Assembly (NCBI GenBank): GCA_963713855.1
Contig: OY970209.1
Coordinates: 960,001-1,024,000 of the forward strand
Source of the DNA: an uncultured bacterium
GTDB lineage: Bacteria; Babelota; Babeliae; Babelales; Babelaceae
DNA length: 64,000 nt
Direction: 5' to 3'
Each line of letters starts with the position of its first letter. The first letter of the stretch is position 1. The notes under the pieces were generated by a model. It worked only from the letters and a program-made list of their open reading frames with translations, searched no databases and was not told the DNA's origin. Position numbers and translations under genes: made by a program. Positions 28,343 through 37,723 of this stretch are shown here, in pieces.

Positions 28343-29721
28343 ATGAAATCATTTTATCTTCTTTTTGCTGCAAGTGTTCTAGTTATAGCAGCGCCAATTA
28401 CTTCTTTAGAGCAGAACAAGCTTCTTTTTCCGAAGGGTTTTTTATGGGGCGTAGCTTTTTCTGAATATCAGGTATCTGGGTCTTTTTTGTGTAAAGAAAG
28501 TAACTGGGCTCAATGGGAAGACCATCAAGCTAAGGTTTTAGGCAAATATCCGCGCTCTGGTAAAGCTGCTGATTTTTGGCAGCATTATGAGGAAGACGTT
28601 ATTCGAATGAAAAAAGAGCTTGGCATTAACTCCCTAAGATTTTCTGTTGACTGGAGTCTGGTAGAGCCGCGAGAGGGATATTTTGATGAAAATGCTTTGA
28701 ATCGTTACGTAAAGCTGTGTGATTTACTAAAGCGTGAGGGCATAGAGCCGATGATTACTCTTCATCATTTTACACATCCTTCTTGGTTTGAAAGAAAGGG
28801 CGGGTTTGAGCGCTCAGAGAATATTTCATATTTTGTTCGTTTTTGTACAAAAGTGTTTCAAGTATTAGGTAAGAACGTATATCTATGGTGCACTATTAAT
28901 GAGCCGACCATTTACGCCTTTCAAGGATATATACGCGGTGTTTTTCCGCCCGGTAAAAAAGGATTTTTTTCAGTCGTTCCAACAAGGAAGGCTGTTGAGG
29001 TTCTTAAAAACCTTCTTAAAGCTCACGTTGACGTATACAGCGCACTCAAAAAACTGCCCTATGGTACTGAGGCTCAAATAGGCCTTGTGCATCAATATTT
29101 AAAGTTTGAGCCCTACAGCCCGTTTAATATCTTTGAAAATATGCCCGGCTGGTTTTTAAATGCTTTTTTAAATGATGCTGTCTTAAAGTTTTGTAAGACG
29201 GGCAGATTCAAGTACAATTTCAACATACCATTTCTTGCTAACATTCACTCATATTATAAAGCACCAAAAGGGAAATTTTTAGACTTTATAGGCCTTAATT
29301 ACTATTCCCGCGTGCTTGTTGTCTACGTTCGGGCCACGAACAGTCATCTTATTATCCGGGCGAATATATGACTGACATGCCTTACGCTTCTTATCCAGAA
29401 GGCTTTTATAAGGCGCTTAAAGATATGAATACCTTAAAGGTGCCTATCTATGTTACTGAAAACGGTATTTCGGACGCAAAAGATGATCGTCGAGAGCATT
29501 TTATTAAGGAGCATTTAAGTGCTCTGCATAAGGCATTAAAAGAAGGGTGCGATATACGTGGTTATTATTATTGGACATTTGTGGATAACTACGAATGGGA
29601 TATGGGCTATACGCAAAAGTTCGGTCTCTACAAACTTGACCACGCTACCCAAAAGCGCACTCTGAGAACTGGTTCACGCATCTACGCAGAAACTGCTCTT
29701 AATAATAGCCTTTTGGTGTAA
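28343..29721 (+). CDS. Glycoside hydrolase family 1 (beta-glucosidase), exported; apparent frameshift near 29320
   Basis: FPKGFLWG, TINEP acid/base motif, GLNYY; second frame LRSGHEQ...YVTENG nucleophile, DNYEW. Confidence 0.9.
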
Positions 29722-29778
29722 CTGTCTCTATACTGTTTGAGATATAGAAACTGTTTCTTTTAGGTTTTTGAGGGAGTT

Positions 29779-30435
29779 ATGAAAAGGCAATGTTTTTTTC
29801 TGATAGCGCTTTTGTGTATTTGCTTTTCTAACCATGCCATTTTTTTGGATCTAAAGCAGGAGTGTAAGAAATCTTTGCTGGAAGTTCTAAATAGCGGGAA
29901 CGGTCGTTCATTCTTGAAAAGCTTTGAATCTAAGCTTGGCAGTAATTGGTTAGAACATATTCCCTTTTTCGACATATTTTCGACCCCACCGGAGATCTTT
30001 TATGTAGGTGATATGACCGAGTCGCACATCGCTCAAGAGTGTGAACCTCTTGGCCATTTGAAATGTATACGTAGTGCGGTTTTTGAGCAGCACAAAAAGT
30101 CTTTTGGTTGGGGATGTGATAGCGAAGGAAAGCCTTTTATAACTGTGATGTATAACGTTTCATTACTCAGTGGTAAAACCCATTCGGTGGGCGTGATTCA
30201 ACACTTTATACAAGCTAGTAAAGAAGATCCAACTTTATGGATTTCAAAAACGTATGATACGGGGGGCAAATTTATTGCGCACGATAGCCCCGCCTGTACT
30301 GAGACATTAGATAATGAAGAGCTTGTTCATCGAGAGGATTTTCAAGCTCTTGCAAAGCTTATCTTGGAAGGTAGCGTGGTAGTTCAAAATAAAAAATCTG
30401 GCTTTTTGAAGCTCACTTTGTGGCGCGTTTGGTAG
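29779..30435 (+). CDS. Hypothetical secreted protein
   Basis: GGGAG SD, signal peptide, 218-aa ORF. Confidence 0.75.
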   Translation: MKRQCFFLIALLCICFSNHAIFLDLKQECKKSLLEVLNSGNGRSFLKSFESKLGSNWLEHIPFFDIFSTPPEIFYVGDMTESHIAQECEPLGHLKCIRSAVFEQHKKSFGWGCDSEGKPFITVMYNVSLLSGKTHSVGVIQHFIQASKEDPTLWISKTYDTGGKFIAHDSPACTETLDNEELVHREDFQALAKLILEGSVVVQNKKSGFLKLTLWRVW

Positions 30436-30443
30436 GTGTTTTT

Positions 30444-31031
30444 ATGGTTAAGGTAAATTGGTTTTTCTTAGTATGTTTAACTTTCAATACTCTTTTGATA
30501 GCGGATACCTGCCCTCTTGATACCTGTATCTTACAAAAAAAGGAGTTACAGGCGGACATTGATGCTCTTGTATCAAAGCTCGAGCACCATGGTGCTTCTG
30601 GGAAATTGCAGGGAGTTATTCAATCGATACGACGCTCTAATCAGCCTCACAAGTCTTTGCAGGCTAAGGTCGCTCAACTTTTCGAGGAGATAGCTCACAC
30701 AAGCGGGTGTCAAAAGGAATATCTGGCCATTGTAGAAAATTATTTACGCCAAATCGAGAACGAATCTTGGGGGGCTCTTTACCCTTTCAGCTTAGTGGAG
30801 GTGTCGTTGCTTGTTGCCGGGGTAGTTGTTACAAGTTCTATGTCGTCTGAGCGCGCCACCTCCATTTGGCTTAGTCTTATGCTTTTTGGGTTTTTTGTTG
30901 GTGTTGGAATGCTTTACTATCAGCATGTTGCTGCAACAAAATTGAAAAACCTTGAGGCTATTCGCAGTTTCTTTAAGGAACACCACGATTGCGCCATTTC
31001 CTATGAAGATACTTTAGAAAATGATTTTTAA
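30444..31031 (+). CDS. Hypothetical protein with signal peptide and two transmembrane helices
   Basis: Hydrophobic hairpin near the C-terminus; start at MVKVNW. Confidence 0.7.
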   Translation: MVKVNWFFLVCLTFNTLLIADTCPLDTCILQKKELQADIDALVSKLEHHGASGKLQGVIQSIRRSNQPHKSLQAKVAQLFEEIAHTSGCQKEYLAIVENYLRQIENESWGALYPFSLVEVSLLVAGVVVTSSMSSERATSIWLSLMLFGFFVGVGMLYYQHVAATKLKNLEAIRSFFKEHHDCAISYEDTLENDF

Positions 31032-31039
31032 TGTAGTGT

Positions 31040-31067
31040 GAAGGAGGCACCCAGCGCCTCCTTCTTG
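31040..31067. terminator. Intrinsic terminator
   Basis: GAAGGAGGC-acccagc-GCCTCCTTC-TT. Confidence 0.75.
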
Positions 31068-31092
31068 TTTTCTTTAAAAATCGTTTGAAACG

Positions 31093-31512
31093 TTACTGTA
31101 AGCTGTGTTCAATTTTTTGACAATCGATATTGCCGTTGTTTTTTATGCGGCGTCCCAAAAGAGTTACAAGGTCCGCTGAGGACATCGTTTCGATTTTATG
31201 CCTCATGCTTCTAGGTAATTCACGAAGATGTGGTCTAAATGTTTCAATGATTTTTAGAATATCTTTTGTTTGTCTCATTTCATTGAGTGCGCGAGCATAA
31301 TGGCCATAGCTTGGATTTCTTATGGCTTTTAGTGTTGCTGCAAAAGATATTAAGCAACACTCAGCACTATCTTTATTGCGAAGATTGGCAAAATGTTCAA
31401 AGCGTTTTGCTATTCTTTGTCTTGCTTCAGTCTCTGTAATCTGACGAACGTTTGCAGAGAGTACGCTAGTTTGAATGCTTATTAATGCGATTAATAATAA
31501 CTTAAGTTTCAT
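31093..31512 (-). CDS. Hypothetical secreted protein
   Basis: MKLKLLLIALISIQTSVLSA signal peptide; AAGGA SD. Confidence 0.75.
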   Translation of the reverse strand: MKLKLLLIALISIQTSVLSANVRQITETEARQRIAKRFEHFANLRNKDSAECCLISFAATLKAIRNPSYGHYARALNEMRQTKDILKIIETFRPHLRELPRSMRHKIETMSSADLVTLLGRRIKNNGNIDCQKIEHSLQ

Positions 31513-31717
31513 GATATTTCCTTATAGTTATGTTAATTCAAAAAACGCGTTAGATGCAGAGCATCCAATTACCACCCTACTCTTTTGTTAAATATTGTCA
31601 ATTTAACAAAATTACATTTGGATGGGCAAAATTTATTGGAGTGTTGGCGTAGCCAAGGCTTATTTGATCGATGTTTCTATCGAGTCTTGTAAATTCTGAC
31701 ATTAACTGTCAGAATTT

Positions 31718-31920
31718 ATGATGTTTAAGCGAAAGATAGAGCCTTTTTTATAAAAAGCTCTCTTAAGAAGCCCTATTGTTTTATTGAATGGTGCAAGGCA
31801 CGTTGGAAAAACTACTTTGGTGCTTCTTTAAAGGGATTTGTTATATATAACAAAAATCAGGCTATTCCCTTTGGTGACAATTTGTATGCACTTCTCTTCA
31901 ATGCTTTATGGGAAACCTGA
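31718..31920 (+). pseudogene. Internally deleted AAA+/DUF4143 ATPase remnant
   Basis: MMFKRKIEPFL*KALLRSPIVLLNGARHVGKTTL (Walker A) joined to KGFVIYNKNQAIPFGDNLYALLFNALWET*, which resembles the family C-terminus. Confidence 0.75.
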
Positions 31921-31959
31921 AATAAACACTCTTTTTTCTCAAACGATAGACGTAAGTAA

Positions 31960-32358
31960 CTAGGGATAGACCAAGACCATCGACCAAACACCTGTATCTT
32001 TCTGAATAAGCTCAAGCTTGGCATCTTGATGTGGAAAACAAGCTTTCTCATTACTCGAATCGTATAGTAATTGATCAGATCGGCGTTGCCACAATGTCAA
32101 CTTACGGGGCGAACAATGCGTATTTTCCCAAGGATACGGACTCCAATAGAATCCGGCGTCTACCTTGGTCGTTTGCCCCGGCTCAATCTGACCATGTGCA
32201 TTATGGCGAGAGCAGCCTCTTCGAACGGACATTTCAAGCGAAAAGGAAACAGTATCGTTTCCTTTGTTGGTAATGGCATAGACAGCTGCTTTGAGAGGCT
32301 GATAAACCGTGAGCGCAAGTATACTATATAACGTAAAGATAACCAGTTTTCTTATCAT
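31960..32358 (-). CDS. Small secreted beta-rich protein
   Basis: Signal peptide; YAITNKGN...IEPGQT; paralogue of 32411-32791. Confidence 0.8.
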   Translation of the reverse strand: MIRKLVIFTLYSILALTVYQPLKAAVYAITNKGNDTVSFSLEMSVRRGCSRHNAHGQIEPGQTTKVDAGFYWSPYPWENTHCSPRKLTLWQRRSDQLLYDSSNEKACFPHQDAKLELIQKDTGVWSMVLVYP

Positions 32359-32410
32359 TAGCTTTCCTTTTTGTAATCTGATCTCTTTTGCAAAAACAAC
32401 TCATCCACCA

Positions 32411-32791
32411 TTAATAATACATGCGTATTCCCCATTGGCCTGTACTACTTTGAGTGATATCAATTTTTCTTCTAAGATCATCTTTGCTAAAGCATATGCC
32501 AAAATCATTCGAATCAAATTGTAAGGTGCTCCCACTCCACAACTTCAAGCGGTTAACACGGCTAGTCCGGCTAGCACCGCGGCTGCACACCGATGCCAGG
32601 TTGAGTGTTACGGTTTGAGTTGGCTGCAGATTTGCTTTAAGCGTGCCACAATTTCGCGAATCAATGTTCATAGAAATACCTATTGACTCGTTTCCATTAT
32701 TAGTGACGATGTATTCAGCCGCTTGACATGAGTGAACGACAAAAGTAACAAAGAGCAGGGTTGCTGCACTTTGCCGTATGATAGTATTCAT
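32411..32791 (-). CDS. Small secreted beta-rich protein
   Basis: Signal peptide; YIVTNNGN...LQPTQT...LKLW...TGQW. Confidence 0.8.
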   Translation of the reverse strand: MNTIIRQSAATLLFVTFVVHSCQAAEYIVTNNGNESIGISMNIDSRNCGTLKANLQPTQTVTLNLASVCSRGASRTSRVNRLKLWSGSTLQFDSNDFGICFSKDDLRRKIDITQSSTGQWGIRMYY

Positions 32792-32941
32792 AACAAACCC
32801 TTCTTTTTCGCTTCTTTCTGAATCATAAATCGACATCACGATCAGTTTATTGATCGAATTTTAACAAACATCTAGCTCAACTTGTCGTCATTGCTTTTTT
32901 GATAATTTGTGCTCATTTTCCATCCTTCAGGAACAATGGGC

Positions 32942-35900
32942 TTATCCGACGTATTGCTCCGCAGGAGCAAGTATGTTCTGCTCTTCTCCAGTCATAGCAT
33001 CTATAAGGTCTCCGTACTGGTTTTCAAGGCATTCTGCAGTGAGGCCTTGCGCACAAACTGATGATAAGTAGTTTTGTATATAGGTGGAAGCAATTGCTTG
33101 GAAAACATAGTCGGTCCATAGTTTTGTGACGGTTAACGAAGTCGCTAAAAGCTCTTTATTTTGTGCTAACTCAGGTATATTTGTTTGGCCGTCTAAAAGA
33201 AGACCTGTGAGCACTGTTCTAATTTGACCCGCGTTAAGAGACCCGCTCACAAGTGCTTGTGTTAACGGCATACTATTTCCTTTGGTATCCCGAGGCATGT
33301 GTGTGTTTAGGTACGCTTGAAGCCTTGGGTCTAATAGAATCATTTGTGGTGTTGCTAACTTTTTGGTATCAGTAGTTGACGCGTTTGAAAGCGTTACTCC
33401 GCCGCTTTGGGCTTCACGGGCGATGGTTGTGTCAATCGAAGTAAGATAAATTAACGAATCTAAAATGAGGCTGTTAAGGTTCTGACAGAGATTTTGCTCC
33501 TCATCCGTGTAGGCAAAACTGCTGCAATCCGCCAATAATTGCTCGAATGAAGGTACCGTTTGGCCTGAAGGCAAGGTTATAGTACCGCTCCAGCGCGTAG
33601 CATACCATTCTGCAAAGAACTCAATAGCACCTTGAAAGAGCGCATTAAGTGCTTGAAGTCCCATCTCTAGGCCTTTTTGTTGAGCATTTTGAGCGGAATC
33701 GTTATCACCAAGCTGTTGATAGGCGGCAAAAGCGTTTAGATACAATTGCTGAGCTGAATTGAATGAAGGAATAGCGGATATGAAATACCCGTTAGTGTAG
33801 TAGGCGTTACCAACACTCTCAAAAAGAGCTGCTTGTTTTACCTGTGCTCTTTGGCCATCATTCACAAGTTTAGCCTGCTGGTATGCCCCTTGTGCAGTGG
33901 TATATAATTTTGAAGCCAGTGTTACGAATGCTTGATACTGGCTAGCAATAGGCTGTCCCACTAAACACTGTTTTATAAAGTCGCCTTGTAGTTCATAGAG
34001 ATACCCCATAGCGCCTTGAGCGGCCGGTAGTCCACTTCCTGTGACTGGTCCTTGTGTTGCAGCAGCATTAGCGTACGTTGTTGCAACGGAGTAATAGTCT
34101 TGTATGAGCGTACTCGCGTTTAGCAGGGCGATTGTTTGGGGGTTTGTCTTATCAAGACTTTCAATATTCTTGGTATTTTCTGCAAGATTTTTAAAGAAGT
34201 TTCGTTGAGTCTTAAGCGCCTTAAGCTCATCTTTTCCAGTGTTAAAAAGTGCAATGAGCGTTTCATCAATGTCTTCCCCTTGCATGTATAATGCTTTTTG
34301 AAGAAGCGAGTAGGCTTGAGAAAGATACGATTGCTGCGAAAATTTTTGTAGTTGGGCAGTTTTAGTTTTTGCGTATACTTGCTGTAAAGAAGTTGTTCCT
34401 TGGAAGCTTTCGTACTGGCGCAATGCATAGCCATAAGCAAGAACGGCCGTAGGCACAAGTGCCTGGTTTGCTGATTCTCCCCAAGGTGCTGCCATAACTG
34501 GTAAATTACAGTATACAAGGGCAGGTAGTTTACCTGGTGGATTTAAAAAGGTAAGGGTCGTTTTGATTGTCGTCCCTTGAGTTATTTCAATGCCTTTATC
34601 GATCCATTCGCCAAGTTGTAGCCTGTAAGCTTTTGAGTCACTAATAAGCCCAGTAAGGGTCTTATCTGACACGCTAAAATTAGGGTCTTGTATGGCATCG
34701 AGATAGCTCGTGAACGTGCCTGTAAGACCGGAAGCAGAAACGCGCTGATACAAATAGAGCGTCGCGGCCAAGTCTTTAAGGTCATCTACAACTTTTTGTT
34801 TAAGTTCTGGATTTTTCTTATAGTTTTCAAAATCTTGAAAGAGCTCTGCAGGTACAAGAGTGGGTGACGCAGGAATTTCTACAATCCACGGCGATAAGAA
34901 ATATTGAGCGTATACGTCCGTTGAGCCCAAAGTATCACCAAAAGCGCTTGTTGAAGCTCTTGTAGGTCGAGGGGCATTGCCTACAAGATCAGCAATCGCA
35001 AGATATTGTTCACTGTCTGATAAATTGAGCATGGTTTGAGCTAAAGTAGTGTTTCCCAGTGTTAAGTACGCGGCTCGAGCGCTGGAATATGCTGCAGATG
35101 CAATCCCATGATAGTCAGTTTTTAAAGAGCATTCTGTCATTGTTTCGGGTTTTGGTTGTACTGACATTGACTCTGAAGCTTTTTGTATAGCCCAGTCACC
35201 TTGTTTTTGGTAAAGACTTGCTCGAGTTTGCGTTAGTTGGCTTAAATCGAGTGGGCTTAGTTGGCTCAATAACGGCGAGCTATATACTTCGTTATTATTT
35301 AAAAGCAAGTTAAGTTCTGGTGATGTGATTTCAGGAGTTGCAGTTTGTTGATCTTTCCATGCTTGTGCGCTTTTTATAGCAAGTGTACTAAGCTGTTGAC
35401 CGATGCTTGTAAGTTTATTGAGCGATGTAAGCGCTTGATCATATCCCTTGACAGCGTCTAGTTCGGGCTTTAAACCCTCTGACCAAAGGCTTTGTGCTTT
35501 TGAGTATAGTGGCTCTATGATTCCTTCAATGGTATCGAGCGAACTTGCACTATCTTCTGCTTGTGCTTTTAAAAATAGAAATAGCCTATAGTAGATAATA
35601 CTCTGATCACCGACACTTAATGACTTAAAAGCAGTCGACTGTATGTAGCCTTCTAAGCATGATTGATAAAGCTCAGGACCTTTACTGAATGCCTCAGCCT
35701 TTTGCGTAAGCTGCCAGAGTGTGTACACGATAAGTGCTGCGTTTAGTGCTTGGTCCCATAAAACAAGCTTACCAGGTGTTTGTTTTGCATCATTTAGTGA
35801 TTTTTGAGCACTTTCAACAAGGCCAGTGAATGCTTTTAAACGATTTAGTAAGCTCTTTTTAGCATCGGGTGTGAGATAGTTCTGATAAAAGAAAGCTGCC

Positions 35901-37720
35901 TGATAATAAGCTGCTTTTAGTGCTTGTGCAGATAAATCTTTGCTATCACCTATAGTACTAGCAAGTTGCTCATAATACTTTGCCATATAACGCCCTATAA
36001 AGGGCGCCATGCCTTGGGTAAATAGTGCGTAGAAAGAAAAAGAGGTTTCAACCTCTGCTGAACCTTGCGCTTTTTGGGCTTGACTATACGCGGCATCGGC
36101 ACTCACAGCTAATGAAAGCGCGGTTGCTGCTAGTTCTTGGGCTTTCTCAACGGCAGCTGGAGACTTTGTTGAAAGGGTTGTAAGCGCTTTTGAAAGAGAA
36201 TCAGCTGCTTGTCCACTTGTTGTAAGCAGTTGGCTTAATGTTACCACCTGTAGCGACTCTGTTATTCCTATTTGCTGCTGCGCGCTTAAAAGAGGTCCGT
36301 TACTTAACGGAAGTGCCGAGGTTTGGGTAGCTATGTTATAAAAATTAGCACTCTCCTGATAGTCACTTAATGCTTTCTTGCAAGATGCAGCAAGATTGCT
36401 AAAAGTTTGGGTTAATACGGGAAGGTTGCCTGTGCCTTGGGAAAGTATTTTTTGAGTGTTCTTAAGAGGGCTTGCAGCATTAGCTACAAAGTCTGAAAGC
36501 GATTTTTGACCTTCTTCTTGTGCCATGCGACCCTGAATAAGGTTAACTGCGCGATTAAGGTTCTGCCAAAGCCATTGTACACCCCCTTGAGCAAGTTGTG
36601 TTGAAGCTTCATTAATAAGCGATACTTGAGAAATAGCATCCTGCGCGCTTTGTGCTTGTTGTAGCGTGTTTAGAGCATTTTGAATATTGGTATACATGCC
36701 TGTATATGCATTATACAATGATTTACTATCGCTATCTGTTAAAGTGCTAAATGCCTGGGCAGCTTTATTAAGAAAAGGTGCTGCTTGATTTAAAAGGCCT
36801 ATATTAAGGTTTTGGGGGCCGACTATGTCGGCAATGGTGTTAATATCACCTTCTGCTTTCATATCATTAAGTAGATTTTGAAACACAGTATGTTCGATAG
36901 TTCCATAAGAAGTGTGAAGGGATGTAAGAGCTATTTGTGGCGTTGCAAAGTCTTGTATGGTAAGCTCGGGATCCCACAAAGCACTTGCTTCAGCAAAATA
37001 ATTTTCAGCTTGAGTGGCAATGTCCGGTGTAAGCGTTGCAGGTGGTCTATTTGCTAGATCATTAAGCACGAAGGCGTAGATTGAAAATGCTAAGCCTCGC
37101 ATCGAGCTCTCGTAAGGGTCATAGAGCTGTTTCCAATTTTTGTGTATCCATTGTTGCGTCGATTGAGCTACTTGGTCATAATGCGCTACCTGCTGACTCA
37201 ATTGATTAAGTAACGACTCGTACGGATTTCCAGTCGCCCTTGCTTGTATGACCGTTTGCTTAAGGCTTTGTATGTTATTCCTTAACGCCTCAAATAGAGT
37301 TTTAATAATGATGACAAGATAGTTACTTGAACTTTGAGCATCTACTTGCGCAGCCTTCCACGGAGAAGTTTTATATGCTTGATAGACCAAGCTCAATGCT
37401 TGTTCGAATGTGCTTATAAGAGTTTGTGGCAAAGGTGAGTATGTTCGTGGTCCATTCTGTCCAATAACACTTGTTTGCATCGCTATTTTAGCACGTGTAA
37501 ATGCTGCAAGACCTGCTTTTAGTTCTCCGCTATCCCAAATGACTGCGGGCGTATACTTCTGGTGGGGCAGTCGAGTAGGTCCTCCTATGATCGCACCGCC
37601 TGGTCCTTGGTATGTACGGGGCTCTGGGACTCTGCGTGGAGCACCTATCATGTATATTCTGGCATCCGCGCTCAGCGTGAAGAGTGCGCAAAAAATGAAG
37701 CACTTCTTTAGCATTTTCAT
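32942..37720 (-). CDS. Large (1592 aa) secreted alpha-helical Ala/Gln/Leu-rich protein
   Basis: Signal peptide ending ADA; recurring A..(Y/F)..A...Y helical motifs; no recognisable catalytic motif. Confidence 0.85.
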   Translation of the reverse strand: MKMLKKCFIFCALFTLSADARIYMIGAPRRVPEPRTYQGPGGAIIGGPTRLPHQKYTPAVIWDSGELKAGLAAFTRAKIAMQTSVIGQNGPRTYSPLPQTLISTFEQALSLVYQAYKTSPWKAAQVDAQSSSNYLVIIIKTLFEALRNNIQSLKQTVIQARATGNPYESLLNQLSQQVAHYDQVAQSTQQWIHKNWKQLYDPYESSMRGLAFSIYAFVLNDLANRPPATLTPDIATQAENYFAEASALWDPELTIQDFATPQIALTSLHTSYGTIEHTVFQNLLNDMKAEGDINTIADIVGPQNLNIGLLNQAAPFLNKAAQAFSTLTDSDSKSLYNAYTGMYTNIQNALNTLQQAQSAQDAISQVSLINEASTQLAQGGVQWLWQNLNRAVNLIQGRMAQEEGQKSLSDFVANAASPLKNTQKILSQGTGNLPVLTQTFSNLAASCKKALSDYQESANFYNIATQTSALPLSNGPLLSAQQQIGITESLQVVTLSQLLTTSGQAADSLSKALTTLSTKSPAAVEKAQELAATALSLAVSADAAYSQAQKAQGSAEVETSFSFYALFTQGMAPFIGRYMAKYYEQLASTIGDSKDLSAQALKAAYYQAAFFYQNYLTPDAKKSLLNRLKAFTGLVESAQKSLNDAKQTPGKLVLWDQALNAALIVYTLWQLTQKAEAFSKGPELYQSCLEGYIQSTAFKSLSVGDQSIIYYRLFLFLKAQAEDSASSLDTIEGIIEPLYSKAQSLWSEGLKPELDAVKGYDQALTSLNKLTSIGQQLSTLAIKSAQAWKDQQTATPEITSPELNLLLNNNEVYSSPLLSQLSPLDLSQLTQTRASLYQKQGDWAIQKASESMSVQPKPETMTECSLKTDYHGIASAAYSSARAAYLTLGNTTLAQTMLNLSDSEQYLAIADLVGNAPRPTRASTSAFGDTLGSTDVYAQYFLSPWIVEIPASPTLVPAELFQDFENYKKNPELKQKVVDDLKDLAATLYLYQRVSASGLTGTFTSYLDAIQDPNFSVSDKTLTGLISDSKAYRLQLGEWIDKGIEITQGTTIKTTLTFLNPPGKLPALVYCNLPVMAAPWGESANQALVPTAVLAYGYALRQYESFQGTTSLQQVYAKTKTAQLQKFSQQSYLSQAYSLLQKALYMQGEDIDETLIALFNTGKDELKALKTQRNFFKNLAENTKNIESLDKTNPQTIALLNASTLIQDYYSVATTYANAAATQGPVTGSGLPAAQGAMGYLYELQGDFIKQCLVGQPIASQYQAFVTLASKLYTTAQGAYQQAKLVNDGQRAQVKQAALFESVGNAYYTNGYFISAIPSFNSAQQLYLNAFAAYQQLGDNDSAQNAQQKGLEMGLQALNALFQGAIEFFAEWYATRWSGTITLPSGQTVPSFEQLLADCSSFAYTDEEQNLCQNLNSLILDSLIYLTSIDTTIAREAQSGGVTLSNASTTDTKKLATPQMILLDPRLQAYLNTHMPRDTKGNSMPLTQALVSGSLNAGQIRTVLTGLLLDGQTNIPELAQNKELLATSLTVTKLWTDYVFQAIASTYIQNYLSSVCAQGLTAECLENQYGDLIDAMTGEEQNILAPAEQYVG

Positions 37721-37723
37721 GGC

